Assembly (NCBI GenBank): GCA_024137785.1
Contig: JAHRHZ010000102.1
Span: 5,882,000-5,945,999, forward strand
Origin: Ginglymostoma cirratum
Lineage: Eukaryota
Length of the DNA stretch: 64,000 nt
Direction of reading: 5' to 3'
Within the stretch, counting starts at the first letter, position 1. Each line of letters begins with the position of its first letter. The position numbers were made by a program, and so were the translations under genes. Below are positions 1-11,800 of the stretch, piece by piece. A model generated the notes under the pieces. That model was not told the DNA's origin. It was given only the letters and a program-made list of their open reading frames with translations, and made no database searches.

Positions 1-1860
1 ATAGGCGCTCTTGTGCAGGGAATATCACGAATTAGGAAGAAAATTAAGGAGCAAGACTTCAGGTATTATAATCTCTGGATTACTGGCAGACAAAGAAGAA
101 AATTTGGGAAGTAAAAGTGTCACTAAAGGAGTAATACAGGAAAGACGGGTCCCATTTCATGAGGCACTGGCATCTGTATTGAGATAAGAAGGAGCTGGTC
201 TATTCAGAGAGGTTCTACCTAAATCAATTAGCGATCAAGTTGCAAGCGGCAAAATTATATAGTGTAGGGGTCACAAGGACTGGAAACTAGTTGAAGTGGG
301 AGGGCTCATGAGAGGTTACGATCATTTCCAGAACAAGTAATAGGAGAGAGAGTATGGAGTGGATCGGTCATCCAATTTCAGGCACAGCAGATAAGGCACA
401 AGCATGAGAATGGTGACAATCAACGCAGTAATGAGTGTGTTGTACTCAAATGCATGCAGCACATGGAACAAGGTAAAGGAACTTGGAGCTCAGATTGAAT
501 TTGGCAGTTACAGTGTTGTGAATATCACAGTGATGTGACTGCAAAGGGATTAGGGCTGGGAAATAAATATCCTAGGATATATTTCCTATTTAAAGGACAA
601 ACAGACAGACAGAACGGGCAGGGAACGCTTATTAGTAATAGCAAGAAGTGATATATGGTCAGAAGCTGTAGAATTCCTGTGGGCAGAGATGAGGAAACGC
701 AAATTGACGAAAAGAAGTCCCTGTGGGAACTGTATGCAAGCCTCGTATCAAGAGTCAGGAAGTGAGACAGAAACCGTATAAGAGAGGCACTATTACAATA
801 ATCATGGTGGGGGTGGGAGGGGCGTTTAATTTGCAGGTGAACTGGGAAAATTAGGTTGGTAGTGGATCCTAAAAAAGGAATTTGTGGATTTTTTGGACCA
901 AATTGCGGTATAACCCACTGGGGAATAGGTAAGTCTGGATTTGGTGACGTATAATGAGGCATACTAGATGACAGAGCTGAAGGTGAAGGAGCCTTTGGGG
1001 ACAGTGGCTACAATATGATCAATGTCATCCTGCAGTCTGAGAAGGAGAAGCTGGAATCAGATCTAATTATACCGTTGACTAAAAGGAGCGACAAAGATAT
1101 GATGGACAAGCTGGCCAGAGTTAATTGGAAGGAGAGACACGCAAGAAAGGCGCCCGCCCCCCCCGGTGGGTAGCAATGGCTGGAGTTTCTGAGGGTAATT
1201 CAGGAGATACACCAAAAATTCATCCCAAGGAATAAAATACGTGCTGGGGGAAGAGAGAGGGAACAGAGGAAATTGGTTAATGTAATATCCTGTTCAAAGT
1301 GGGACGAAGCCAGAAGACGGGAAATTATAGGCTGGTCAGGCTGACCTCGATCGATGGCTAGATTTTTCCGTCCATTATTAAAGACGAGATTGCGAAGTAT
1401 TGCATCGTAAAATACGGCTAAGTCAACTCGGCTTCGTCAGGCAGAAGACATGCCTAAAAATTCCGTTAGAATTGTTTGATGAGGCAACAGACAAGTTCGT
1501 TCAAGGGGATCCAGTGGGTGTGGGCTACTTGGCTTTGTGGAAAGCCTTTGATAAGGTGCCACACAGGAGGCTGCTGAATAAGTTAACAGCCCATGGTTTT
1601 CGGGGCAAGATACATGAGGGTTAGCTGACTGACATGTGGTCGGGATTAGGGATAAAGGGATCTTTTTCAGGATGGCAGCCGGTGACTAGCAGAGTTCCAC
1701 CAGGGTCAGTGTTGAGAACACAACTGTTCATGTTGTGTAGAAATGATCTGGACGGAGGAACTGAGGCTATAGTTGACAAGCTCGCAGATGACACAAAGAT
1801 AGGTGGAGGGAGAGACAGGTAGAGTTGTGGAAGTGGTGAGGAAGCAGCAGGACAAATCAG
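1..1860 (+). mobile_element. Degenerate CR1-clade LINE (ORF1 end, APE endonuclease start, RT fragment)
   Basis: Broken frames read VLYSNACS..NKVKEL (~437, endonuclease N-terminus), WKAFDKVPHRRLLNKL (ORF 1400-1624) and VPPGSVL...KLADDTKIGG (ORF 1634-1822), typical CR1 RT motifs; many stops and frameshifts. Confidence 0.9.
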
Positions 1861-2206
1861 TGAAGGTGACAGGAGACTAAATAAGATAATTAAGGACACA
1901 TACCGGGTGCTTTATTATTCAAAGCTCCCAACATTTAAATACCAATGCGACGCAATGAATCGTGGTTCATGGCTGAAACTGAGTGTGTCAACAGAGAGAG
2001 ATCCGTGAGGGACACTGCCAGAAGCAAAGAGCCGGAGAGTGAATGAACAAGCTCACTGATGCTGTTAATAATGGTTTGTAGTGCTGATACCTGGATTCAG
2101 ACTCTTAGCAGGAAAATAACAGCAACAAGGAGTATAGAGTAAATTAAAAGATAGTAATGCAGTTACACATGGTTTATAGAAATGATAAGTGGAGATTGAG
2201 ACTTAT

Positions 2207-2387
2207 CAGGGACATCAAAGATAGCCAGGATAGGATAATAAAAATATTGAATAATGTAAAGTGCATACAGGATCCGCAGTTTTAATGGCCATTGATTATA
2301 ATATGTAGAAAGATACAAAACATCCTCGGATAATTTTCTGTCCATTGTTGTAACATTCCAGTCTGATGTTCTCAGATTCTGATCCAT
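2207..2387 (-). pseudogene. First coding exon of a GPR139-like class A GPCR (N-terminus plus TM1), disabled
   Basis: Minus frame MDQNLRTSDWNVTTMDRKLSEDVLYLSTYYNQWPLKLRILYALYIIQYFYYPILAIFDVP resembles, from memory, the shark GPR139-like N-terminus (YYPILAxxGVP). The donor after VP reads ATAAGT (2201-2206) instead of GTAAGT. No second exon found. Confidence 0.65.
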
Positions 2388-2430
2388 TGTTGGACCTTTC
2401 CAGTCTATTGTTCTCAGATTATGATATCTC
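2333..2430. repeat. ~42-bp tandem repeat (~2.3 copies) encoding a 14-aa N-terminal repeat of the GPCR exon
   Basis: GTTCTCAGATT and TCCATTGTTG..TTCCAGTCT each recur at ~42-44 bp spacing. Confidence 0.6.
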
Positions 2431-2711
2431 CTACCCCTCAATCTGGAGTTGCAGATCTCTGTTGGTACTTCAGGTGATGCTCCCACTCATCTTTTGGAAA
2501 AAACAATCGAAGGGAGCCCATTTATCATTAAAAGATGGAAACCTTCCACTGGGATAATTAGAAGCGATGGAGACTGACATTAATCACAGTCACCGAACAA
2601 ACAGGTTCAGTTAACCCCTTCCTTACATCACTTTTCATGTCACAATGAAAAGGAACATTTACTCTGTCTGAGATAAAAGGTACTGCAGATGCTGGAGAAT
2701 CCAAGATAACA

Positions 2712-3920
2712 ATGGGCCCAAGCTATGCCTGCCTCTTTGTAGGTTCTGTGGAACAATCCCTCTTCCGTACCTACACTGGCCCTAAACCCCACCTCTAACT
2801 CCGTTACATTGATGACTGCATCGGCGCCGCCTCGTGCTCCCACGAGGAGCTCGAACAGTTCATCCAATTCACCAACACCTTCCACCCCAACCTGAAGTTC
2901 ACCTGGACCATCTCCAACACTTCTCTCTCCTTCCTGGACCTCTCTGTCTCCATCTCGGGCAACCACCTAGAGACAGATGTCCATTTCAAGCCCACTGACT
3001 CCCACAGCTACCTGGAATACACCTCCTCCCACCCACCCTCCTGCAAAAATGCCATCCCCTATTCCCAATTCCTTCGCCTCCGCCGCATCTGCTCCCAGGA
3101 TGAGACATTCCAATCCCACACATCTCAAATGTCCTCATTCTTCAAGGACCGCAACGTCCCCCCCACAGTGGTCGAGAACGCCCTCGACCGTGTCTCCCGC
3201 ATTTCCCGGAACACATCCCTCACGCCCCGTCCCCGCAACAATAACCAAAAAAGAATCCCCCTCGTCCTCACATACCACCCCACCAACCTCCGGATCCAAC
3301 GCATCATCCTCCGACACTTCCGCCATCTACAATCAGACCCCACCACCAAAGACATTTTTCCCTCCCCACCCTTATCTGCCTTTCGGAGGGACCACTCCAT
3401 CCGTGACTCCCTTGTCCGCTCCACACTCCCCTCCAGCCCCACCACACCCGGCACTTTTCCTTGTAACCGCAGGAAGTTCTACACCTGCCCCCACACCTCC
3501 TCCCTCACCCCAATCCCAGGCCCCAAGAAGACTTTCCACATCAGGCAGAGGTTCACCTGCACATCTGCCAATGTGGTATACTGCATCCGCTGTACCCGTT
3601 GTGGCTTCCTCTGCATCGGGGAAACCAAGCGGAGGCTTGGGGACCGCTTTGCAGAACACCTGCGCTCAGTTCGCAACAAACAACTGCACCTCCCAGTCGC
3701 GAACCATTTCAACTCCCCCTCCCATTCCTCAGATGACATGTCCATCCTTGGCCTCCTGCAATGCCACAGTGATGCCACCCGAAGGCTGCAGGAACAGCAA
3801 ATCATATTCAGCCTGGGAACCCTGCAGCCCAATGGCATCAATGTGGATTTCACAAGCTTCAAAATCTCCCCTCCCCCAACCGCATCCCAAAACCAGCCCA
3901 GCTCATCTCCACCTCCCTAA
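2712..3920 (+). pseudogene. PLE reverse transcriptase C-half plus GIY-YIG endonuclease (one in-frame stop)
   Basis: MGPSYACLFVG...LRYIDD (YIDD at 2805-2816)...FLD...KPTDSHSYL...NVVYCIRCTRCGFLCIGETKRRLGDRFAEH...QPNGIN. In-frame TAA at 2796-2798; same frame as ORF 3129-3920. Confidence 0.92.
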
Positions 3921-4171
3921 CCTGTTTTTCCTCTCACCTCAAGCCACACCCCCATCTCCTATCTACTAACATCATCCCGCCCCCTTGACCTGTCCGTCCT
4001 CCCTGGACTGACCTATCTCCTCCCTACTCCCCTACCTACACTCACCTTTACTGGCTCCATCCCCGCCTCTTCGACTTGTCTGCCTCCTCTCCACCTATCC
4101 TCTCCTGTATCCATCCTCTATCCGCCTCCCCCTCTCTCCCTATTTATTTCAGAACCCTCTTCCCCTCCCCC

Positions 4172-4207
4172 ATTTCTGATGAAGGGTTTAGGCCCGAAAC
4201 GTCAAGT
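4172..4207 (+). ncRNA. Minimal type I hammerhead ribozyme motif in PLE 3' end
   Basis: CTGATGA (4176-4182), stem II GGGT/TTAG/GCCC, GAAAC, GTC cleavage triplet; stem I ATTT/AAGT. Confidence 0.8.
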
Positions 4208-5014
4208 TTTCCTGCTCCTATGATGCTGCTTGACCAGCTGTGTTCATCCAGCCCCATGCTTGTTATCTTATTTACTCTGTCTGGATGGAATGTATGAGGG
4301 TTGCTAAGGGATGGACCGGAAACATTTCAATCTTTTTCATCTTCCTTCCTTGTATTTGGGGGTGGTGCCAGAGCACTGCAGGGTTGTATATGTTCCAAGA
4401 TGTTTATAAAAGGAGACAAGGATACAATAACAGACCAGCTGCATAACATGCTTTGTGGGAAAATTTGTAGAGATCATAAATCAGGGTAACAATATTCATT
4501 GTTCATTGACTTTCTGTAATGCGCCCCTATTATTTGGTGCCCTGTTTTCAAATTCTTCTTAACATTGAGACATCATTTAGAGCATTGAGACTGCTGCTTA
4601 GGAACAGGAGGAAGTCCCCATGTACCTGTTACAGAGGGATAAGAGGAGTCCATTCAGCCCACACTAGCTTATTACCACTTGAAGAGGTGGAAAGCTGGAA
4701 TGTTAGCGTATTTTGCAAAGGGAATCATTCAAAACAGAGAGAGATGTTACCAGACCTTACTGAGAGGAGACTTGGAGTGCAAAGTATTATTTGCGTTCTG
4801 TAACTGAGAAGAGAGGGTCCTTCGGCAGGTGCAGTTTAATGACTGCTCATAATTCATTAGTTGCTGTTTCATTTATGTCTCCATCCTGTTACAGATCCGC
4901 AGGAGGAAATCATTCAGCCTCTTGAGTGAGTTAAATAACAACAGGAGGAGGCCATTCAAACTCTTCAGCCTGTAATGAGATCCAGAGCTGAGTGACCCTG
5001 GAAGAATCCAACGG

Positions 5015-5430
5015 TCACTGAGCAGATTATATATGAGCGGGTGCTGCTTGATAGCACTGTTGATGACACCTTCCATCACTTTACTGATGATCGAGATTAA
5101 GCTGATGGGGTGGCTATTGGCCGGGTTAGATTTGCCCTGCTTTGTATAGACAGGACATACTTAGGCAATTTCTTCCATTGTCAGGGAGATACCAATATCG
5201 TAACTGCACTGGAACAGCTTGGCTCGGGGAGTGGCAGGTTCTGGAGCACAAGTCTTCAGTACTATTGCTGGAATGTTGTCAGGAGTCGTAGCCTTTGCAG
5301 TATCCAGTGTCTCCAACCGTTTCTTTCGGTCACGTGGAGTGAATTGAATAGTTGAAGACTGGTATCTGTAATATTAGGGTCCAGTGGAGGAGGCCGAGAT
5401 GGATCATCCACTCGGCACTTCTGGCTGAAG
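5015..5430 (-). mobile_element. CR1/L2-clade LINE RT fragment
   Basis: Minus strand reads LDTAKA..PDNIPAIVLKTCAPE...KSNPAN..PISLISIISKVMEGVINSAIKQH. Confidence 0.85.
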
Positions 5431-5442
5431 TGAAATGATAAA

Positions 5443-5490
5443 CAGGAGAGTGTGGTCTGACTTCTGGGTTATGGGCCCAGTGCACTCTGA
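5443..5490 (-). pseudogene. tRNA-iMet remnant
   Basis: Minus strand CTGGGCCCATAACCCAGAAGTC is the iMet anticodon arm; flank is paralogous to 27582-27965. Confidence 0.55.
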
Positions 5491-5884
5491 CCCTCACATA
5501 ATTGAAATACAAATAAATAAATTACTCAGTGGCCAGAGCTGTTGAATTGAATTCTGTTTAGTAAAATCTGAGAATGAGAAGCTCGTGTGAAGAATTGTTC
5601 TCTAGACCTGGGGAAATGCACAGTTCTGTTCCCAGGGGTCAGTATTCGGACCACCTCTCTTCTGGACATTTATTAATGACCCACACTTGTGTACAGAGTG
5701 GACAATTTCAAAATCATAAATGAGGCAAAGCTCCAAATGAATTAAACAATGCAGAAACCACAGAGACCGGTATTTTTCAAAAAAGAGGGGCTGGATACCT
5801 CACATCACTCTCAAAAATCACTTGTATTTCATACACCGCTGTATGTAGTTATTCTTTCGATCTTAATTGATCCCTTACTGTGCT

Positions 5885-6230
5885 ACAAAAACAAAGTTGC
5901 TGGAAAAGCTCAGCAGGTCTCGCAGCATCTGTGAAGGAGAAAACAGAGTTAATGTTTTGGGTCCGGCGACCCATCCTTAGAACTGATGATGGCTGGGAAT
6001 ACATCAGTTTATATGCAGAAAAAGGAGTAGGGGAATGGGGTAGGGAGTAAACGATAGAATAGAGCCTAAAGAGAGAGAAGAGCAGTTGGGAAGACAAAGA
6101 ATTGATAACGATGAGGCTGGGAGGGTGAATACATGTTAATGGGGACAATTAGTCACGAATAACAGGTAGTATGCAGTGGCAGGCAATGTGGGAACAAGGC
6201 CTGGTGTGTCGGGTAGGAGGCTGGGACTGC
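5885..6230 (-). mobile_element. PLE 3'-end fragment (second family)
   Basis: Minus strand ends ...AACTCTGTTTTCTCCTTCACAGATGCTGCGAGACCTGCTGAGCTTTTCCAGCAACTTTGTTTTTGT with a degenerate hammerhead; related copies at 28384-28490, 28788-28880 and 8366-8520. Confidence 0.7.
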
Positions 6231-6280
6231 CACTGTCATGTAAAGATATAGCCTATAGAATGAAGTCTGTAGCCTGTCTG

Positions 6281-6421
6281 AGATAACAAGGTGCAGAGCT
6301 GGATGAACACAGCAGGCCAAACAGCATCAGAGGAGCAGGAAAGCTGACGTTTCGGGCCTCGACCTGCTTCTCTGATGCTGCTTGGCCTGATGTGTTCATC
6401 TAGCTCTACACCTTGTTATCT
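6281..6421. mobile_element. PLE-tail inverted repeat (hairpin, ~58-bp arms)
   Basis: AGATAACAAGGTGCAGAGCTGGATGAACAC...GAGCAG is reverse-complementary to CTGCTTCTCTGATGCTGC...CACCTTGTTATCT. Confidence 0.8.
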
Positions 6422-6454
6422 AACGTTTTACTTGCTCCGTGTTTGGGAAACAAC

Positions 6455-6850
6455 AAAAAGACATGACCAATATTCACTCATCTCCATTCACACAGATAAG
6501 GAGTACCACCAGTTCGATTGGGACAACACCAGGATCCCAGGACGGGCCTAACAGAGACAAGCACGGAATTCCTAGAGGCCTGGTTCTCCACCAAGAAATC
6601 CATCAACAAACACATAAAATTAGATCCTATTTTCACACCGCTGTGAAGAAAAACCTGAAATGAGGTATACAAATCTAACGGACCATGAAGTTTATATACC
6701 AGGCGGGAAAACACAACAGCGCTTCATCAGAACCTGCACTGATGATGTTACCCAGCAGGGTAATAAACTGTCTGGAAACTAACAGACCAGCTCGGTGAGT
6801 GAAACAACCACAGCATACACAACCCACGTAACAAATCTACTCAAGAACCA
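6455..6850 (+). mobile_element. Poseidon-type PLE 3' fragment (GIY-YIG C-terminus plus hammerhead-like tail)
   Basis: SLISIHTDKEYHQFDWDNTRI...EAWFSTKKSINKHIKLDPI, then CTGATGATGTTACCCAGCAGGGTAATAAAAC; same family as 58665-59463. Confidence 0.8.
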
Positions 6851-7196
6851 ATAAAGATTTTATTGAGTAAACCCACACGGTAACTAAGACCGGTAATTTT
6901 CCTTACGGATCGGGTAATGTTCAGGGAGACTTCACTGACATTTTCCGCGGAATCCTCTGAATCAGTTAATTCTGGTTCAGTTCCACTTGACATGGAACTC
7001 CCCGGGAGGTGACCATTCTCATTCTGTAACTCTGAACAGTTTTGTTGGTGGAGGATTAGAGTTGGGCTTGCCCCTTTGAAATATCATTTAATGTACAAGC
7101 GGCTGCACCTACAAACTGATCTCTGGGACTTCCAGGAAAAAGAAGACAGTTCTCACTCAGAAACTGGAAACCAGTATCTGAAGAAAAGTAGCAACA

Positions 7197-7300
7197 CGTC
7201 AAGCTTTCCTGCTCCTATGATGCTGCTTGGCCTGCTGTGTTCATCCAGCTCTACACCTTGTTATTTCGGATTCTCCAGCATCTGCAGGACCTATTATCTC
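7197..7300 (+). mobile_element. 104-nt PLE-tail insertion with 7-bp TSD
   Basis: AGCAACA at 7190-7196 and 7301-7307 flanks CGTCAAGCTTTCCTGCTCC...CTATTATCTC. Confidence 0.85.
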
Positions 7301-7393
7301 AGCAACAGGGAAACCCTCTTTTGGGTAGCAACATCGCTGAAAGAATGAAAAGCTCGGCTTCACCTCAGAAAATGAAGTTTTAAGAAACAAAGA

Positions 7394-7466
7394 CACCCAG
7401 CGTGGGGCTTGAACACACAGCCCTGAAATTAAGAGTTTTATGCTCTACCGACTGAGTGAGCTGAGC
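7394..7466 (-). pseudogene. tRNA-Lys(CTT) pseudogene
   Basis: Minus strand GCTCAGCTCACTCAGTCGGTAGAGCATAAAACTCTTAATTTCAGGGCTGTGTGTTCAAGCCCCACGCTGGGTG matches vertebrate Lys-CTT with stem mismatches. Confidence 0.85.
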
Positions 7467-8102
7467 GTGTGGAAAGCTTCCTTAGTTTCCTATTTCACAC
7501 TGAGCCAAATCCACCTGTAACATATTTTCGAGGTACTGAAGATGACCCACCTGGAAAATCTCAAGTTTCCAGTTCATTCCTCTCAATCACAAATAACGTC
7601 GTTTACATCTTCCACTTTTCAGCTGTTTCTCTTTCAGGCTATTATAATCCATAATCAGCGCTTGTTCTGGGATTTAACATTCAGAATTCATATTTTAATG
7701 TCGGTGCCCTCATCCCTTGGCAGCCCATGTGACTCTCAGTGAGATAGTGAATCTGCTTCAATAAACCCAGTCATTTCTGTTACAGACTGCGTGAAATGCG
7801 CCTCTATCTGCCGAGCATCGCTCAATAGTTTCAGGGCTTCGTTTGTTCAGTACATCAGCAACTTCTGCTGCTTCCCATCTGGGGACTGGATTTTCAGTTT
7901 AGTGAAAGGAGATGAGAAGGTCAAGAATAATTCCATGCGGATGTTCTCAAACGTACGAGGGTTTCTGCTTCTTGCACTCTGACAGTCAGTGAGTTGCGTC
8001 TGCCTACCATTGGAGATTTGCGTGAAATGTTTTTTCTCCCCACTTCCTGTGATTCCTCTCACAAACACGAAGACAAAGAGAAAAATTCCTCCAGCTCTCA
8101 AC

Positions 8103-8185
8103 CGTAGACAGCAGGATTTGAACCTGCGTGGGAATGTCCTCATGGATTTTTAAGTCCATCACCATAACTTCTCAGCCACGGCTAC
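8103..8185 (-). pseudogene. tRNA-Ser pseudogene
   Basis: GTAGCCGTGGCTGAG...GATGGACTTAAAAATCCAT...GCAGGTTCAAATCCTGCTGTCTACG; anticodon loop altered. Confidence 0.85.
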
Positions 8186-8584
8186 ACCAGCCCTGACTTT
8201 TCCAAGTCTTTCTCCCTGTGGAGCTGAGGAAGAGTGAATCGTTTCGAGGTTTGTTTGAATCCAATCACTTCTCAGATTTCAAAAGGGTTAAATTCGGTAC
8301 ATGGTGGGTCTGGTTGTTTCACCCCAACAGACGGGATAAACATTCATTTAAAAACTTTAGCATAAGTTTCAAAGAAACTTCAGCAGATCTGACTGCATCT
8401 GTGGACAGAGAATCAGGGTCAACGTTACAGAACTCTGTTTTCTCCCCCAGGCACTGCTAAACCTGGTCGGTTTCTCCAACAGTTTCTGTTTTTGTTTCGG
8501 ATTCCTGACATCTACAGCTCTTTACATTAGAAATTAAAGCAGCATTGAAACAACTTTGTGGTTACTCTGACTGCATGACTCAGA

Positions 8585-8927
8585 AAGGGAGGACGCTGGG
8601 AAGTTGTTTCCGTTAGGTGGAGAAACTAGGACCCGTGGGCACAGCCTTAGAATTAGAGGGGGTCAATTTCGAACGGAAATGAGGAGACATTTCTTCAGCC
8701 AGACAGTGGTGGGCCTGTGGAATTCATTGCCACGGAGCGCAGTGGAGGCCGGGACGTTGAATGTCTTCAAGGCAGAGATTGATAAATTCTTAATCTCGCA
8801 AGGAATCAAGGGCTACGGGGAGAGTGCGGGTAAGTGGAGTTGAAATGCCCATCAGCCGTGATTAAATGGCGGAGTGGACTCGATGGGCCGAATGGCCTTA
8901 CTTCCACTCCTATGTCTTATGGTCTTA
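8585..8927 (+). mobile_element. CR1 LINE 3' end
   Basis: LFPLGGETRTRGHSLRIRG..FRTEMRRHFFSQTVVGLWNSLP, then 3'UTR GGGCCGAATGGCCT...CCTATGTCTTATGGTCTTA. Confidence 0.9.
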
Positions 8928-9029
8928 CTCACCGGATAAGATTTCCTTTTGGGAACACTTTTTTTGACCGTATTAAGATCCCAGACTAGTCCAGCAAAGA
9001 GAACTGGTCGAGTGAAAACAGCAATCGCT

Positions 9030-9103
9030 GCTTCCTGGGTTGCCTCACACCATCGACCTCTCACTCAATAGCCAAACGCGCTGGTCGATTGCGCCTCAGA
9101 GTG
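9030..9103 (-). pseudogene. tRNA-Asn pseudogene
   Basis: CTCTGAGGCGCAATCGACCAGCGCGTTTGGCTATTGA...ACCCAGG resembles Asn-GTT; heavily mutated. Confidence 0.7.
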
Positions 9104-10050
9104 TAGCCACCCACAACTTGCACAGTCCCTTAAAGCAGACTATTGGTGAATTCAAGTTTCAGACTGCCTCTCTTAGAAGATCAAATGACATCTATTACTT
9201 TACTTTTCCAAAATAAACCCTAGGAATTTCATTGTGGAGACATGGGACCAGTGTGATCCTACCCTCTACAGACACATCCATGTCACTGGGAATCAGCTCT
9301 CCTACAACCGGGGCCGTCTCCCTTGGAACCTTTCAGCGTCTTGTCTATTCCCAAGTTTTCTAATTGTCTTGTAGCCAAGGTGAGATTTGAATTCCTGATG
9401 TGCAGGAAAGGGAATCCTTTCAATGTATCCGGACAGTTCATGTCGCGAGAATGAGTCATTCAGAGTCAACGTCCCCGCTTTTAAAGAAGGGGTAGGTGTC
9501 TTGACTGTTTGTGCTCAGTCGGAAAGTTCACCCTTCATTCTCCTGTGATTCCGGTTCCCAAGAGTTTCTAAAGATTCAAAAAACTGTAGACTGGGTTTTC
9601 TGTTTTTTCCCTTCTGCTAACTGGCAATATTTTCGCAAAATCTCTTCGCAATCCACCGCCTTGCACCATGTCTCGGGATGAGGAAATCCAGTATTGAGGA
9701 GAGATTCCCGAGGGAATTCTCTTTGCAGCGAAGAAGTTTAACCTGAGATTTCCTGGGACTGTTTATAACAGTGGAGGACGGAGCGGTGGGGATGAGCAGG
9801 GAGAAACTGAAGCCACTGACAAGGGTCAGTTACCACCGGACTGGGATTCAAGATATTTAATGCAAAACAGCCTTTTTGTAGAATAAGCACAGAGTATACT
9901 GCAACAACTCAACATCTTTAGCAGGATCTGTGGAAAGTGAAAGAGAACCAATGTCTTGAGTACGTTAAGCTTCTTGTTTGTAAGAAGTGCCTCCTGACCA
10001 TATTCTCAGTGGGGGTGCTCATGTGACAGGTATTTTCAAGTGTGCACAAT

Positions 10051-11265
10051 AACTCTGGCAAAATTGTTGAGTGTGATTTTCCTTTCAACAAACGATGTCA
10101 GTACTGTTTGACTGCAACAACCTTTTCTAAACTTCCTCTATTTCTTCTTTTACAATGGTCTCCAGCATTTTTCAAATGACAGATAAAACATTGGACCAGA
10201 TGGAAGTCATTTGGCCCATCAGGTCAATTTCATCTTTAAATGAGATCATGGCTGATTTGGTAATCCTCAACTCCATTTATTTGCCTTAACATCGTGGCCC
10301 TTGAAACCCTAAACGACTAAAGGAAGTTTATTTTAAATTCAGCACATTGAGGAAACGTAATTGGCAGGGTTGGTACCGGAATGGATTTACTAATCCGTTG
10401 CCTTAACCTCTAGGTCACGACTACAAGCGATAGGACAATACCTAATATTTCTCATGGAATGGTTCCAACAGGAAAGACAAGCATTTGGCTTCCCTTGTCC
10501 GTGCCACGACCCTGATAGCTCTTATCACCCTGTATTTGATCAGAGTATAGGAGGCTGCTGGGAGATTGAATTTGAACTACATACATTGATAAGAAATTGA
10601 GCAGATGAGAAGGATCAATTTCTGTGAGCAGAGAGATCAATAATCAGGGCAATGGATCGAGAAAGAAAGATGTCTTTGTATTTTGAAAGTACCTTTAATC
10701 ACCATTAAAATCACAGCCAGTGAAATACTTTAAAGCAGATTCGCACTGGCCAATCTAATGTGCAAATCAGAGCGGTTTGTTCAGCCTGAGGTCAAAAATG
10801 AAAATTTTTCAAATATTCTCAGTTGCCGTTGGATACACCAATGAGTTTACAAATAACTTTAGGCATTTTCTCTGCTCTGATTTATACCCGAGTTTCCATT
10901 TAAGATAGAAATGAGGAGGTGTTCTCCCGTTCAGAGGGTAACAAATCTGAGTGCTGTCAAGGCTGTGTGTATTCAAGGCTGAGACAGACAGAGATTTAGT
11001 CATTTAGGGTTTCAAGGGCCACGATGTTAAGGCAAATAAATGGAGTTGAGGATTACCAAATCAGCCATGATCTCATTTAAAGATGAAATTGACCTGATGG
11101 GCCAAATGACTTCCATCTGGTCCAATGTTTTATCTGTCATTTGAAAAATGCTGGAGACCATTGTAAAAGAAGAAATAGAGGAAGTTTAGAAAAGGTTGTT
11201 GCAGTCAAACAGTACTGACATCGTTTGTTGAAAGGAAAATCACACTCAACAATTTTGCCAGAGTT
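10051..11265. repeat. Near-perfect inverted repeat, 271-bp arms (10051-10321 and 10995-11265)
   Basis: Arms are reverse complements with one mismatch seen (10314 vs 11002); spacer ~673 bp. Confidence 0.92.
10356..10424 (-). pseudogene. tRNA-Ser pseudogene (internally deleted)
   Basis: GTAGTCGTGACCTAGAGGTTAAGGCAACGGATTAGTAAATCCATT...CCTGCCAATTACG. Confidence 0.7.
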
Positions 11266-11800
11266 CTTTGCTAATATTGCAAGCACGTTTGATAAAAGGA
11301 ACCGGTAGATGAAGTGTATTTGAATATTTAGCAGGCAGCCAATAAACAGCCAGATAAAAGATGATTCCACAAGGTAGGAGTTTACGGTGTTGTGTATAAA
11401 TGAGCATGAACTGCCCATTGTTTAATTCACAGAAAACACAGCATTGGGATTAATGAGAATTTTTCAAGTTGGAATGATACAATGTGTGGAATGCCAGAAT
11501 GGTCAGTCATGGGTCTTCAATTACTTACCTCAATATTAATGACTTAGAGGAGATGGCAATTTTCCAGAAGATACAAAATAGGTACAAGGGCATGTTATGA
11601 TGACGACGTGGGAATCTGCAAAGGGATATAGATAGGTTGAATCAGTTGGCAAAACCTTGGCAGATGCACCTGGGAGAGTGAAGTCATACTCTTTAGTAGG
11701 AAGAGTCAAAAGGGAGGCTGCTATTAAAATCGAGATAAACTTCAGCAAAGTACGTTGAAAAGCAATCTGGGTGTGCTTGTGCATGAAACAAACAAAGGTT
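10870..11800 (+). mobile_element. CR1 fragments (3' end followed by RT segment)
   Basis: Degenerate CR1 3' end, then KMLETIVKEEI..., KGKSHST, FPEDTKIG-like motifs. Confidence 0.7.

Larger units (their letters stand above)
2671..4269 (+). mobile_element. 5'-truncated Penelope-like retroelement (Neptune-type) with 14-bp TSD
   Basis: RT and GIY-YIG frame, 3' hammerhead motif, direct repeat ATTTACTCTGTCTG at 2657-2670 and 4270-4283, inverted ~41-nt tail at the left end. Confidence 0.93.

Noticed and set aside
2977-3969. 330-aa Pro/Ser/Thr-rich ORF
   Set aside because: Shadow frame of the C-rich Penelope RT/GIY-YIG frame.
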